DNA of 64,000 nt from Clostridia bacterium (GCA_017430135.1 JAFRNM010000001.1:271242-335241), one strand, 5' to 3'; counted from the stretch's first letter, positions 9,605-19,171 are shown. The notes: generated by a model not told the origin, from the sequence alone. Numbers and translations are program-made.

Positions 9605-10099
9605 ATGAGGTATAATAAAATTAGAAAAATGGATATTGCAGATGGTCCAGGAGTTAGAGTTTCAATCTTCATGCAAGGATGCCATTTCCATTGCAAAAAT
9701 TGCTTTAACTCTGATACATGGGACTTTGAAGGTGGAAAAGAATTTACAGACGAAACAATTGATAGAGTTTTAGAATTATGCGAAAATCCAAATATTTCAG
9801 GTTTATCAATATTAGGCGGAGAACCTATGAACCCAGAAAACATAGAAGGAACAACAAAACTTGCAAAATGTTTTAAACAAAAATTTCCAAATAAAACTCT
9901 ATGGTCTTGGTCAGGATACCAATTTGATAAACATTTAAAAGACAAAGAAGTTTGTAAATATTTAGATGTAATTGTTGATGGACAATTTAAAGATGAACTA
10001 AAAAATCCAACACTAAAATGGTGTGGTTCAGAAAACCAAAGAGTAATAGATGTTCAAAAATCTTTAAAACAAGGCGAAGTTATTTTATATAAAGACTAA
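9605..10099 (+). CDS. nrdG: anaerobic ribonucleotide reductase activating protein (radical SAM)
   Basis: CHFHCKNC (CxxxCxxC) radical SAM motif. Immediately downstream of nrdD. AAGGAG RBS. Confidence 0.9.
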   Translation: MRYNKIRKMDIADGPGVRVSIFMQGCHFHCKNCFNSDTWDFEGGKEFTDETIDRVLELCENPNISGLSILGGEPMNPENIEGTTKLAKCFKQKFPNKTLWSWSGYQFDKHLKDKEVCKYLDVIVDGQFKDELKNPTLKWCGSENQRVIDVQKSLKQGEVILYKD

Positions 10100-10105
10100 A
10101 GAACT

Positions 10106-10137
10106 AAAAAAATCTCAATTTCTATTGAGATTTTTTT
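10106..10137 (+). terminator. rho-independent terminator of the nrdDG operon
   Basis: atctcaat ttct attgagat followed by T7. Confidence 0.6.
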
Positions 10138-10180
10138 GTATATAGTGTAAAATAAGAAAGAAAAAAGGAGGAAAAACCTT

Positions 10181-10666
10181 ATGGGAAGTAAAAGAGAAGA
10201 TTACATAAATTGGGACCAATATTTTATGGGAGTAGCAATGCTTTCAGCACAAAGAAGCAAAGATCCAAATACACAAGTAGGAGCCTGTATTGTAAGTAAG
10301 GATAATAAAATACTTTCAGTTGGCTACAATGGCGCTCCAAATGGATATGATGATGATAATATGCCATGGGATAGAGAAGGCGATTTTTTAAATACAAAAT
10401 ATGCTTATGTTTGCCATGCAGAGTTAAATGCAATTTTGAATAATAAAGGCTCAAATTTAGAAGGTGCAAAAATATATGTAGATTTATTTCCATGCAATGA
10501 ATGTGCAAAAGCAATTATTCAATCTGGAATAAAAGAGATAATATATAAATCAGACAAATATAATGGAACAGATGGAAATATTGCATCAAAAAAGATGCTT
10601 GATTATTGCGGTGTAAAGTATACTAAATATAATGAAGCTAACAAAGAAATTAAGTTGGAATTGTAA
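10181..10666 (+). CDS. deoxycytidylate (dCMP) deaminase, CMP/dCMP deaminase zinc-binding family
   Basis: HAELNAI and PCNECAK zinc-binding motifs. AAAGGAGG RBS. 161 aa. Confidence 0.75.
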   Translation: MGSKREDYINWDQYFMGVAMLSAQRSKDPNTQVGACIVSKDNKILSVGYNGAPNGYDDDNMPWDREGDFLNTKYAYVCHAELNAILNNKGSNLEGAKIYVDLFPCNECAKAIIQSGIKEIIYKSDKYNGTDGNIASKKMLDYCGVKYTKYNEANKEIKLEL

Positions 10667-10759
10667 AAATATTATGTGAAAATATGTACAATTTTTTAAT
10701 TATGTGTTACAATATTTAAGTAAAAAATTAGACAAAATTATAGTAAGGAGGAATTTAAA

Positions 10760-11479
10760 ATGTCAGGACATAGTAAATGGCACAATATACAAGCAAAGAA
10801 AGGAAAAGCAGATGCTGCAAGAGGAAAAATATTTACAAAATTAGGAAGAGAATTATTAATTGCAGTTAAAGAAGGTGGAGCAGACCCAGCAGGAAACTCA
10901 AAATTAAAATCAGTTATAGCAAAATGTAAAGCTGCAAACATGCCAAACGATACAATAAACAATGCAATTAAAAAGGCTTCATCAAGTAATGAAAATTATG
11001 AAGAAATCACATACGAAGGTTATGGACCATGCGGAGTTGCAGTTATTGTAGAAGCGGCAACAGATAACAAAAACAGAACAGCAGCAGATGTAAGACACGT
11101 ATTTGATAAAGCAGGAGGAAACCTTGGAACAAGCGGATGCGTATCTTATATGTTCAATAAAAAAGGTGTAATAGTAATAGAAAAAGCTTCAACTACAATG
11201 GACGAAGACGAACTAATGATGTTAGCATTAGATGCTGGAGCAGAAGATTTTAGCGCCGAAGAAGAAATCTATGAAATCACAACAGAACCAGCAGACTTCA
11301 CAGCCGTTAGAGAAAAATTAGAAGAAAGCGGATTAGAATTCTTAGAGGCAGATGTTCAAATGGTTCCAACAACAACAGTTGCACTAGATGAATCAGGATG
11401 CGAAAAAATGGAAAGATTAATTGAAAGACTAGAAGAATTAGATGATGTTGCTAATATTTACCATAACTGGGAAGAATAA
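10760..11479 (+). CDS. yebC: YebC/PmpR family DNA-binding transcriptional regulator
   Basis: [15 protein letters not shown]... is the hallmark N-terminus of the family. 239 aa. Confidence 0.88.
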   Translation: MSGHSKWHNIQAKKGKADAARGKIFTKLGRELLIAVKEGGADPAGNSKLKSVIAKCKAANMPNDTINNAIKKASSSNENYEEITYEGYGPCGVAVIVEAATDNKNRTAADVRHVFDKAGGNLGTSGCVSYMFNKKGVIVIEKASTTMDEDELMMLALDAGAEDFSAEEEIYEITTEPADFTAVREKLEESGLEFLEADVQMVPTTTVALDESGCEKMERLIERLEELDDVANIYHNWEE

Positions 11480-11528
11480 AAAAATAATTCTTTTCCAATT
11501 TAGATAATCTAATGAAAAGGGGAAAATT

Positions 11529-13259
11529 ATGAAGAAAAATAAAAAATTGGTAATTGCTATTGTAATAATTATAGTATTAATTCTTATTGTTGGAGTTGCA
11601 TTAGCATTTGTAATGAAAAAGAATAATAAAGATGCATTTTTCGAAAGTGTATCACAATTATTTGATAGTGAAAATGGTTTTATAGATAATAGAATAGAAA
11701 ACTACAATCAAAAAAAGGCTTCAAATCCTTTTGAAAATACTGGAAAAATAACATTTAATGTACCAACAGAAGGCATGGACACAAAAACAGCAGATGAGAT
11801 AAACAACACATTCAACATCAGTTTTATGGGAAATATAGATGCTCCAAATCAAAAAGCAGAAGAGTTAGTTAAAATAAACTATGATAAAGATAACAATTTC
11901 CCAATTTTATACAAAAAATCAGGAGATATACAAGCTATTAAATTAAGCAAAATCACACCAAAATATCTAGGATTAGATTTTAGTAAAAATATAAATATAA
12001 TTCCATTTGCTGAATTAAATGGAGAAAAACTAAATTCATTTGAAATAACTCAATCAGAAAAAAATAAAATAAAAACCGAATATTTACAAATAATCAAAGA
12101 TAATCTTGAAGATAAAAACTTTACAAAGGTAACAACTGAAGAGTCAAATGGATATGTATTGGAAATATCAAATAAACAATTACAAGATATTATTGTAAAA
12201 CTTATAGAAAGATTAAAACAAGACGATGAGTTTTTAGAAAAGTTTAGTTTAACTGCTGATAGCTTGGATTCAGTATTAGATAATATCAATTTAAATGAAG
12301 GAAAAACAATTATAACAATTTATCAAAAAAATCAAAAAGTTAATAGAATTATATTAGAATTAGATGACTTCATGAAAATTGATGTAAAAAAACTTGAAAA
12401 TGATAACGAACTAAGCTATGATATTAGCTTAACATTTGGCCAAGAAAATAGTAATATTATTGCAAAAGCAGTTATTGGCTTTACTGGATTAGACTCACTT
12501 GAAACTGTAAATGAAAACTATAATATTGGAATAGATTTTAATGGTTATAGTTATACTTATAATATTGAAAACGAAGTAAACTTTACAGATGACATAGAAA
12601 TAAAAGATTTTGTAGATAAAGAGTATGTTGATATAAATACATTATCTCAAACAAATCAAGCAAAACTATTCCAAGCAATTGTAGAAAGATTTAACAAAGC
12701 TAACAATGAGCTAATGCAAAAAGTAAAAATAGATCCTAAAAATTTCTGGTATAATCTTGTACCTAAATATTCTGCATCAGAAATAGATGCAGATAAAAAT
12801 GATTATTCATTGGATTTAGATAATGACGAAGATGACGAGAAAAATACAATATCAAACACAACAAATACTAACAGTACAGCTAATACAACGTCAAACACAA
12901 CAAATACAACTAATATAGCAACAAGTAGTAATACAACAAATACAACAACAAATATCAACGAATCATCTGATGATAACCTTGCAAAATCTTTCACAGAAAC
13001 AGAGAAAAATGTATTCAATTCAAAATATGAAAAATACAAGGGAGACGAAGTAGAAGGAAGCAAAGTAAAACAATTAATAATGAATATAATTGCAAACAAC
13101 ATGGCAGACGAAGAAAGACAAATAAAAGTTACAGGAGATGTAACACTTACCGGAAACGAAGTTCCAGATAGCATAGAAACTACAAAAAAATATTCAGTAG
13201 AATTTAAAAAATCAAAAGAAGGCTATGTAAACGAAGCTGTGATAAAAGAAGTAGAATAG
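11529..13259 (+). CDS. hypothetical membrane-anchored protein with Asn/Thr-rich low-complexity region
   Basis: N-terminal TM helix. NTTNT-rich tract near the C-terminus. RBS AAAGGGGAAAA. Confidence 0.5.
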   Translation: MKKNKKLVIAIVIIIVLILIVGVALAFVMKKNNKDAFFESVSQLFDSENGFIDNRIENYNQKKASNPFENTGKITFNVPTEGMDTKTADEINNTFNISFMGNIDAPNQKAEELVKINYDKDNNFPILYKKSGDIQAIKLSKITPKYLGLDFSKNINIIPFAELNGEKLNSFEITQSEKNKIKTEYLQIIKDNLEDKNFTKVTTEESNGYVLEISNKQLQDIIVKLIERLKQDDEFLEKFSLTADSLDSVLDNINLNEGKTIITIYQKNQKVNRIILELDDFMKIDVKKLENDNELSYDISLTFGQENSNIIAKAVIGFTGLDSLETVNENYNIGIDFNGYSYTYNIENEVNFTDDIEIKDFVDKEYVDINTLSQTNQAKLFQAIVERFNKANNELMQKVKIDPKNFWYNLVPKYSASEIDADKNDYSLDLDNDEDDEKNTISNTTNTNSTANTTSNTTNTTNIATSSNTTNTTTNINESSDDNLAKSFTETEKNVFNSKYEKYKGDEVEGSKVKQLIMNIIANNMADEERQIKVTGDVTLTGNEVPDSIETTKKYSVEFKKSKEGYVNEAVIKEVE

Positions 13260-13272
13260 TTATAAAAAATCA

Positions 13273-13303
13273 AAAAAAGCATATAGTAATATATGCTTTT
13301 TTA
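13273..13303 (+). terminator. rho-independent terminator (aaaagcatata gtaat atatgctttttt)
   Basis: Near-identical hairpin recurs at 16869-16902. Confidence 0.6.
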
Positions 13304-13336
13304 TATTAATCTTTTTAAAAATATCTGCCATTTTTA

Positions 13337-13365
13337 TTGACAATTTTTTAGTAAAAATATACAAT
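13337..13365 (+). promoter_or_regulatory. sigma-A-like promoter (TTGACA, 17 bp spacer, TACAAT) driving the pilin-like gene through a structured leader of about 150 nt
   Basis: Hexamers and spacing read directly from the sequence. Confidence 0.4.
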
Positions 13366-13522
13366 CATTGTAGTTGTTAAGCGTCATAAAGTAATTGATT
13401 TTATGATGAGGTCTTGCTTTACTTGAAATGCAGTGATACCAACGTAATTATACGATATCACATATATGATGTAAAGGAACTAACAATGAAAAAGTACAAA
13501 TGAATGAAAGGAGAAACACATT

Positions 13523-15274
13523 ATGACAAAATTTAACTTAGAAAAATGCAAAAGTGGTAATAAAGGTATAACACTTATTGCATTAATAATTACGATCATT
13601 GTTTTATTAATATTAGCAGGAATAACAATAAATTCATTAACAGGAAGTGATAGTGCACCAGCCAAAGCAAATGAGGCTGCACAAAAAAATGACATAGGTA
13701 CAGCAAAGGACGAAATAAGTTTATTAGCTGTAAATGCAAAAACAGAAGGCTATGAAACAGCCTATGTAGGAAATGGGGTATCAGCTGGAGATGCATCAAA
13801 AACAGTAGGACAAGCTGTAATAGATGCAGTAAAAGCAAAAAACGGAACAAATGTAGGAAAAGCATCAATAAGTGTGGAGCAAACAACAAAGAATGAAAAA
13901 CCAGATGATGCAAAAATAACAATCACAACAAGAGATTTTGAAGTTATAGGAACAATAACTATCAATGATGGAATATTAACTTGGGGAGAAGTTGAGGCAA
14001 ATATTCCAGGAATAAAAGATGTGCCAGAAACTTTAACTATGGATACTGGGGAAACAAAAACAATTAATGCAACACTAAAAGGAATTACAGGTACAATTAC
14101 TTGGACAAGTTCTGATGAGGATGTTGCAACAGTTTCTAATGGTGTTATAAGAGCAGCAGATACTTTAAAAGTTAATGATCAACCAGTAAATACTGCAACT
14201 GTAATTATAACAGCAACATTAGGAAACTATAGTGAGTCTTGTAATGTAACCGTACATAAAGTAGTAGTTGGAGATATTGTTAATTATGCACCAAGTAGAA
14301 CATATGATTGGAATTGCAATTTAGCAGAATCTGGTGATAATGCTAGTACTGCAATAAATACATTAAGTAGTGGAGAAAATGGAGCACATAGAATAACTCA
14401 ATGGAAAATATTAAATTATAATCAAAGCACAAAAATGGTAGAAATGGTTCCAAGTGAAGTTCCAACAAAGAGTAGTACGAACAGGTTGACATTGAGGGGA
14501 GCACAAGGATATAATAATGCTGTATATTTATTAAATAGCGCATGCAATAGTCTTTATGGAAAGGGTACAACAATAACTGCTAGAAGCATAAATGAAGAAG
14601 ATTTTATAAATGCAAGTGCAATAGATAATACTGATACAGACAATGGCGGAAATAAATGGTTAAATTATAGAGAAAAAACTTATGAAAATTCAAGTGTAAA
14701 AAATGCAAATAATACAAATGTTAAATATGGACAACAAAAAAATGGAGCAGCATATACATTATCATCATATAGAAATTATCCAGTAATGTATGCTTATGAT
14801 TATAATTCTGTAATTACACCAGAACCAACATTATCAACAGCTACAGCAAGTTTAGCTAAGAGTTTAGGATTAAGTGTTCAAAATAATCCAATATCAAAAA
14901 CACAAGATAGTGATTCAGGAAAAGATGGTTATAAAAAAGCTTCAACAAGTATTCAGCCATATCAAACATATTATAAAACAGGTAGTAATAGTACAACTAG
15001 AGGATTATTAGATAGTGAAAAAGCTAATGTATTAGTACCAGATGGCAATTCACAATATTGGGTGGCTTCGCGTTGCGTGAATCTGGGCAGCAGCGGTTGT
15101 AGCTTCTATGTTCGCGATGTGAACTCTGGGTACTTGAATGCTACTTGTGTATTCAGCTCTGAAACTAGCACTCACAACCCTGCGTGCGCGCTTTTCCCCG
15201 TAGTTTCTCTAAGCTCTGAACTCTTAGAACCATCATCTGCATCAGGAGTTGCTTGGGAAGTAGATGCAAATTAA
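13523..15274 (+). CDS. large surface protein with pilin-like N-terminal segment (KGITLIALIITIIVLLILAG), Big_2 Ig-like domain and GC-rich variable-region-like C-terminus
   Basis: AAAGGAGAAA RBS. N-terminus resembles the prepilin cleavage/methylation motif but has Ala instead of Glu at +5. ITWTSSDEDVATVSNGVIRA matches the Big_2 signature. Last 70 codons are markedly GC-rich. Confidence 0.6.
   Translation: MTKFNLEKCKSGNKGITLIALIITIIVLLILAGITINSLTGSDSAPAKANEAAQKNDIGTAKDEISLLAVNAKTEGYETAYVGNGVSAGDASKTVGQAVIDAVKAKNGTNVGKASISVEQTTKNEKPDDAKITITTRDFEVIGTITINDGILTWGEVEANIPGIKDVPETLTMDTGETKTINATLKGITGTITWTSSDEDVATVSNGVIRAADTLKVNDQPVNTATVIITATLGNYSESCNVTVHKVVVGDIVNYAPSRTYDWNCNLAESGDNASTAINTLSSGENGAHRITQWKILNYNQSTKMVEMVPSEVPTKSSTNRLTLRGAQGYNNAVYLLNSACNSLYGKGTTITARSINEEDFINASAIDNTDTDNGGNKWLNYREKTYENSSVKNANNTNVKYGQQKNGAAYTLSSYRNYPVMYAYDYNSVITPEPTLSTATASLAKSLGLSVQNNPISKTQDSDSGKDGYKKASTSIQPYQTYYKTGSNSTTRGLLDSEKANVLVPDGNSQYWVASRCVNLGSSGCSFYVRDVNSGYLNATCVFSSETSTHNPACALFPVVSLSSELLEPSSASGVAWEVDAN
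15059..15103 (+). repeat. VR-like segment: 27-nt exact repeat tgggtggcttcgcgttgcgtgaatctg plus GGC AGC AGC GGT TGT AGC, inside the 3' end of the pilin-like gene
   Basis: Pairs with 15348-15392. All five mismatches in the aligned 16 nt are G here versus A in the downstream copy. Confidence 0.5.
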
Positions 15275-15299
15275 TTTTTAGAATAGTGAATAAAAAACA

Positions 15300-15328
15300 T
15301 TCAGCCCGCCCTGTGTGGTCGGGCTGAA
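15300..15328 (+). terminator. GC-rich stem-loop (ttcagcccg ... cgggctgaa) plus A/T run, immediately 3' of the VR-like segment
   Basis: 9-bp stem. Its position matches the hairpin found 3' of DGR variable regions, and it may also terminate the transcript. Confidence 0.45.
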
Positions 15329-15347
15329 AAAATTAGGGCATAATTGA

Positions 15348-15392
15348 TGGGTGGCTTCGCGTTGCGTGAATCTGAACAGCAACAATTGTACT
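15348..15392 (+). repeat. TR-like / ancestral 3'-end copy: same 27-nt repeat followed by AAC AGC AAC AAT TGT ACT (AAC-rich), truncated by a partial GGGACAC element
   Basis: Non-coding. It has A wherever the coding copy differs. Confidence 0.45.
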
Positions 15393-15413
15393 TTTGGGGA
15401 CACTTTCAAAAAG
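15393..15413. repeat. partial or degenerate copy of the GGGACAC palindromic element
   Basis: ttttggggacactttcaaaaagt. Confidence 0.3.
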
Positions 15414-15899
15414 TAAATTGCCTAAAGTTTCTAAAACAAACACCTTCCAGAAACATCAATAAAAAAATTAATAAATAAAAAATATTTACAAAGACTAATA
15501 CCATGTTTGGTAAAAGGGATGTATGATGAAACCATTTTGGAACAAATTAAGAATGGGGAGTTTGATGCTACAGAAAATGAGGGGCAGTACACATTTGTCG
15601 AATTTTGTCGATGAGTTTTTCTTGAATTTTAGCACATTATGTGGTTTAATATATTTATTAAATTGCATAATGTGCAATTATTTATGAGAATTATAAAATT
15701 TTTTTATCAAGATTAATTCTAAATAATTATTTCAAATTTTTATATTATGAGAAATTTATTTATTCAAAGATTATTTCCCAATTGTATTAAATTTATTTTT
15801 TATACCTATAAAAATCCAAGAAAAGAAAAGTTTTAAGAAAGGAGGCCTTCATATAGAAATTATGCAATTTAAAATATATAAACAGAAATGGAGAAATAT

Positions 15900-16817
15900 A
15901 TGAAAGAAAGTATAAAATTATTAAGCCCTAAATTAGATGTGGTGTTTCAAGCGCTATTTGGAGAAGAAGGGAGCGAAAGAATTACAAAAGCTTTTTTGGA
16001 AAAGATTCTAGATACCACAATAGATACAATTGATTTAAATCAAAATGTTATTTTAAGAAGAGATAAAAAAGATGAAAAATTAGGAGTGTTAGATGTTTTG
16101 GCTAAAATCAATAAAAATGAGAATGTAGATATTGAGATGCAAATAGCAGAAAATGAAAATATATTAGATAGAATGGTTTATTATTGGAGTAGGTTATATG
16201 TAAGAAGTATAAAGAAAAAAGAAGATTATACTAAACTAGAAAAGAGTATTGTAATACTTATTTCTAACAAAAAAGTAAAGGGGTTAGAAGAGCTTGAATG
16301 TCATACTGAATGGAAGATATATGAAGATAAATATAAGAAAAAAATCTTGACAGACAAGTTTGAAATACATATAATAGAATTAGAAAAAATAAAAAATAAC
16401 ATTAATAGTGTTAGTGATGGATTATTAGATTGGCTAGCTTTTTTACAGAATCCAAAAACCGAAAGGGGAATCGAGAATATGGATAGTAAAGATTCAACAG
16501 AAAGAATGAAAAATCTTGAAATAATTGAAGAAGCAAGAGAAAAATTAAGAAAATTAAGTGAAGATCCGCAAATGCAACAATTAGCATGGTGGAGAGAAAA
16601 AGGGATTTATGAAGAAAATGAAAGAATAAGTAGAGAAAAGAAAATAGAAGAAGGAGAAAAAAGACTGGAAGAAGGAGAAAAAAGACTAGAAGAAGGAAAG
16701 AAAGAGTTAGAAGATGAGAAGAAAGAATTTGCTAAAAGATTAAAAGAAGGCGGAATTTCTATTGAGGAAATAATAAAATACACACATCTTACGAAAGAAG
16801 AAATAGAAAAGTTATAA
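15900..16817 (+). CDS. Rpn family recombination-promoting nuclease / putative transposase (YhgA-like, PD-(D/E)XK)
   Basis: N-terminus LLSPKLDVVFQALFGEEG... typical of the Transposase_31/Rpn family. GGAG RBS before ATG 15900. C-terminal coiled-coil tandem EEGEKRLEEGEKRLEEGKKELE. Confidence 0.7.
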   Translation: MKESIKLLSPKLDVVFQALFGEEGSERITKAFLEKILDTTIDTIDLNQNVILRRDKKDEKLGVLDVLAKINKNENVDIEMQIAENENILDRMVYYWSRLYVRSIKKKEDYTKLEKSIVILISNKKVKGLEELECHTEWKIYEDKYKKKILTDKFEIHIIELEKIKNNINSVSDGLLDWLAFLQNPKTERGIENMDSKDSTERMKNLEIIEEAREKLRKLSEDPQMQQLAWWREKGIYEENERISREKKIEEGEKRLEEGEKRLEEGKKELEDEKKEFAKRLKEGGISIEEIIKYTHLTKEEIEKL

Positions 16818-16868
16818 AGAACGGATGCATTTGGATGCATTTTCAAAACTACATAGTTATAAAAAATA

Positions 16869-16902
16869 AAAAAAAGCATATAGTAATATATATGCTTTTT
16901 TT
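16869..16902 (+). terminator. rho-independent terminator, near-identical to the one at 13273
   Basis: aaaagcatatagtaatatatatgcttttttt. Confidence 0.55.
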
Positions 16903-16917
16903 GAAAGAGATGAAAAA

Positions 16918-17778
16918 ATGGATTATATTTTAAATGCCTTGCCTAGGCAAATTGCAAATGAAATTATACAAGTTTTTAGTACATATTCAAGTTTAATAAA
17001 CACCTTGCAGGAGATACGAATTAGGGTTTCCAAGCCAATAATTTTAAAGCAAAGAAATAGTGATATAGTATTACAACACATAGTTACAAACGAAGAACTT
17101 TTACATATATTAGAACGATTTTGTGAAAACTCAATATATGCCTATAAAAATCAGATATGTGAAGGCTTTTTAACAATAAAAGGTGGACATAGAATAGGGA
17201 TAACGGGTTCATGTGTAATAGAAAATGGAAAAATAATAAATATAAAATATGTATCAAGTTTGAATATAAGAATAGCAAGAGAAGTTAAAGGTTGTGGTAA
17301 TGCAATAATAAATGAAATAATTGATATTGACAATCAAACAATATTAAACACACTATTAGTATCACCACCAGGAAAAGGAAAAACAACAATGCTAAGAGAT
17401 TTGGTTAGACAAATAAGTAATGGAATAAATGAAATAAAATTCAAAGGGAAAATAGTTGGGCTAATAGACGAAAGAGGAGAACTTGCAGCATGTTACAGAG
17501 GAATTCCACAAAATGATGTAGGAATAAGGACAGATGTAATTGAAAATGTGTCAAAAGAAAAAGGAGTAGAAATATTGCTCCGTTCAATGGCTCCAGAGAT
17601 AATAGCATGTGATGAAATAGGTACTCACGAAGATGTCCAAGCAATAGAAAAAATGTTAATTTCTGGTGTAAAGGGATTATTTACAATGCATGGAAATAAT
17701 CTGGAAGATATTAAGAAAAATACCGAAATTAATAAATTAATTGAAGAAAATCAGATTGAAAAAATTATAGTTCTTTAA
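16918..17778 (+). CDS. spoIIIAA: stage III sporulation protein AA (ATPase)
   Basis: Walker A PPGKGKTTMLRDL. First gene of an eight-gene spoIIIA operon. 286 aa. Confidence 0.85.
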   Translation: MDYILNALPRQIANEIIQVFSTYSSLINTLQEIRIRVSKPIILKQRNSDIVLQHIVTNEELLHILERFCENSIYAYKNQICEGFLTIKGGHRIGITGSCVIENGKIINIKYVSSLNIRIAREVKGCGNAIINEIIDIDNQTILNTLLVSPPGKGKTTMLRDLVRQISNGINEIKFKGKIVGLIDERGELAACYRGIPQNDVGIRTDVIENVSKEKGVEILLRSMAPEIIACDEIGTHEDVQAIEKMLISGVKGLFTMHGNNLEDIKKNTEINKLIEENQIEKIIVL

Positions 17779-17780
17779 AT

Positions 17781-17890
17781 TTTGTGACACTCTTGAATTT
17801 GGGGACACTCTTAAAAATCAAGGCTTTTGAAAAACCTTGATTTTTAAGAGTGTCCCCAAATTCATCCCCAAATTCAAGGGTGTCACAAAA
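17781..17890. repeat. palindromic intergenic element, GGGACACTCTTAAAAA family, copy 2 (about 110-bp nested perfect palindrome)
   Basis: tgtgacactcttgaatttgggg acactcttaaaaatcaagg...ccttgatttttaagagtgt ccccaaattcaagggtgtcaca. Confidence 0.8.
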
Positions 17891-17981
17891 AAGTTTGACA
17901 AAGAGCTTTTAAAAAATGGTTCTAAAACTAAAATATGCTAAATATAATATATTAACATTTTTTAAAGGGAGAGAAATTAGA

Positions 17982-18491
17982 ATGCAAATGATTAAAATTT
18001 TTATATTATTTGTTATTTTTGTTTTGTCTAATTTGATTGGAAAAATGGTTGCTGGGAAATATAGGTATAGACTAGAGGAATTGAAGGAGATGAAAAGCGC
18101 TCTTTCTATTTTTAAAACTAAAATAAAGTTTACCTATGAGCCGATACCAGAGATTTTTGGAGAGATTTCTTCTAATTTACATACTAATATTTCAAAGATT
18201 TTTAAAAGTGCAAATGAAAACATGAAAACACAGAATGCAGGACAAGCGTGGGAAGAAGCGGTAAGAACATCTCAAAACTATATGAACAAAGAAGATAAAA
18301 ACATAATGCAAATGATGGGGAAAATGCTTGGACAATCAGATGTTGAAGGCCAAATTAGCCAGATAGAAATAACTGAAGAATTCTTAAACAAACAACTTGA
18401 AGATGCAGAAAAAGAAAAAACAAAAAATGAAAAATTATATCAAAAATTAGGAACAATTTTGGGGTTAACATTAGTTACTATACTTATATAA
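17982..18491 (+). CDS. spoIIIAB: stage III sporulation protein AB
   Basis: AGGGAGAG RBS before ATG 17982. About 170 aa with N-terminal TM segment. Operon position. Confidence 0.75.
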   Translation: MQMIKIFILFVIFVLSNLIGKMVAGKYRYRLEELKEMKSALSIFKTKIKFTYEPIPEIFGEISSNLHTNISKIFKSANENMKTQNAGQAWEEAVRTSQNYMNKEDKNIMQMMGKMLGQSDVEGQISQIEITEEFLNKQLEDAEKEKTKNEKLYQKLGTILGLTLVTILI

Positions 18492-18512
18492 ATGGAAAGG
18501 AATTTACATATT

Positions 18513-18707
18513 ATGAATATAGATTTATTATTCAAAATTGCTGCGATTGGAATATTAGTTGCGGTGTTACATCAAGTTTTAGTAAGGGCTGGAAGAGAAG
18601 ATCAAGCTATGATGACTACACTTGCAGGGCTTGTAATTGTTTTAACAATGGTAATTAAAGAAATTAGCACATTATTTGATACTGTAAGAAATTTGTTCAA
18701 TTTATAA
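18513..18707 (+). CDS. spoIIIAC: stage III sporulation protein AC (small two-TM protein)
   Basis: 64-aa hydrophobic protein (IAAIGILVAVLHQV...AGLVIVLTMV). Operon position. Confidence 0.75.
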   Translation: MNIDLLFKIAAIGILVAVLHQVLVRAGREDQAMMTTLAGLVIVLTMVIKEISTLFDTVRNLFNL

Positions 18708-18759
18708 CTGATTATAATGGTAAAATATATTTTACTAAATAACAATTGAGGAGTAAAAA

Positions 18760-19146
18760 ATGGAAATTTTAAAAATAATTGGAATAGGACTAATTTCTTT
18801 AATAATCATAATAATGTTAAAACAATACAAGCCAGAATATGCAATATATGTAAGCATTCTTGCAGGAATTCTAATACTTTATCTAGTAATGGACAAGCTA
18901 ACAGGAATAATAAACCTAATCAACTCAATTGCCAATAAAGCATCTGTCAACACAAAATTCATCGCATTACTTATGAAAATAACAGGAATAGCATTTCTAT
19001 CAGAATTTGCAGTAAGCATTTGCAAAGATTCTGGGGAAAGCGCTATTGCGAGCAAAATAGAGCTAGGAAGTAAAATTGTTATTATATCAATGTCAATTCC
19101 AATAATAACAAGCTTACTAGAGCTAATAATAAAAATATTACCATAG
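18760..19146 (+). CDS. spoIIIAD: stage III sporulation protein AD
   Basis: 128-aa polytopic membrane protein. Operon position. Confidence 0.8.
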   Translation: MEILKIIGIGLISLIIIIMLKQYKPEYAIYVSILAGILILYLVMDKLTGIINLINSIANKASVNTKFIALLMKITGIAFLSEFAVSICKDSGESAIASKIELGSKIVIISMSIPIITSLLELIIKILP

Positions 19147-19171
19147 ATTAAATTAAAAGAGTTGAATATAT

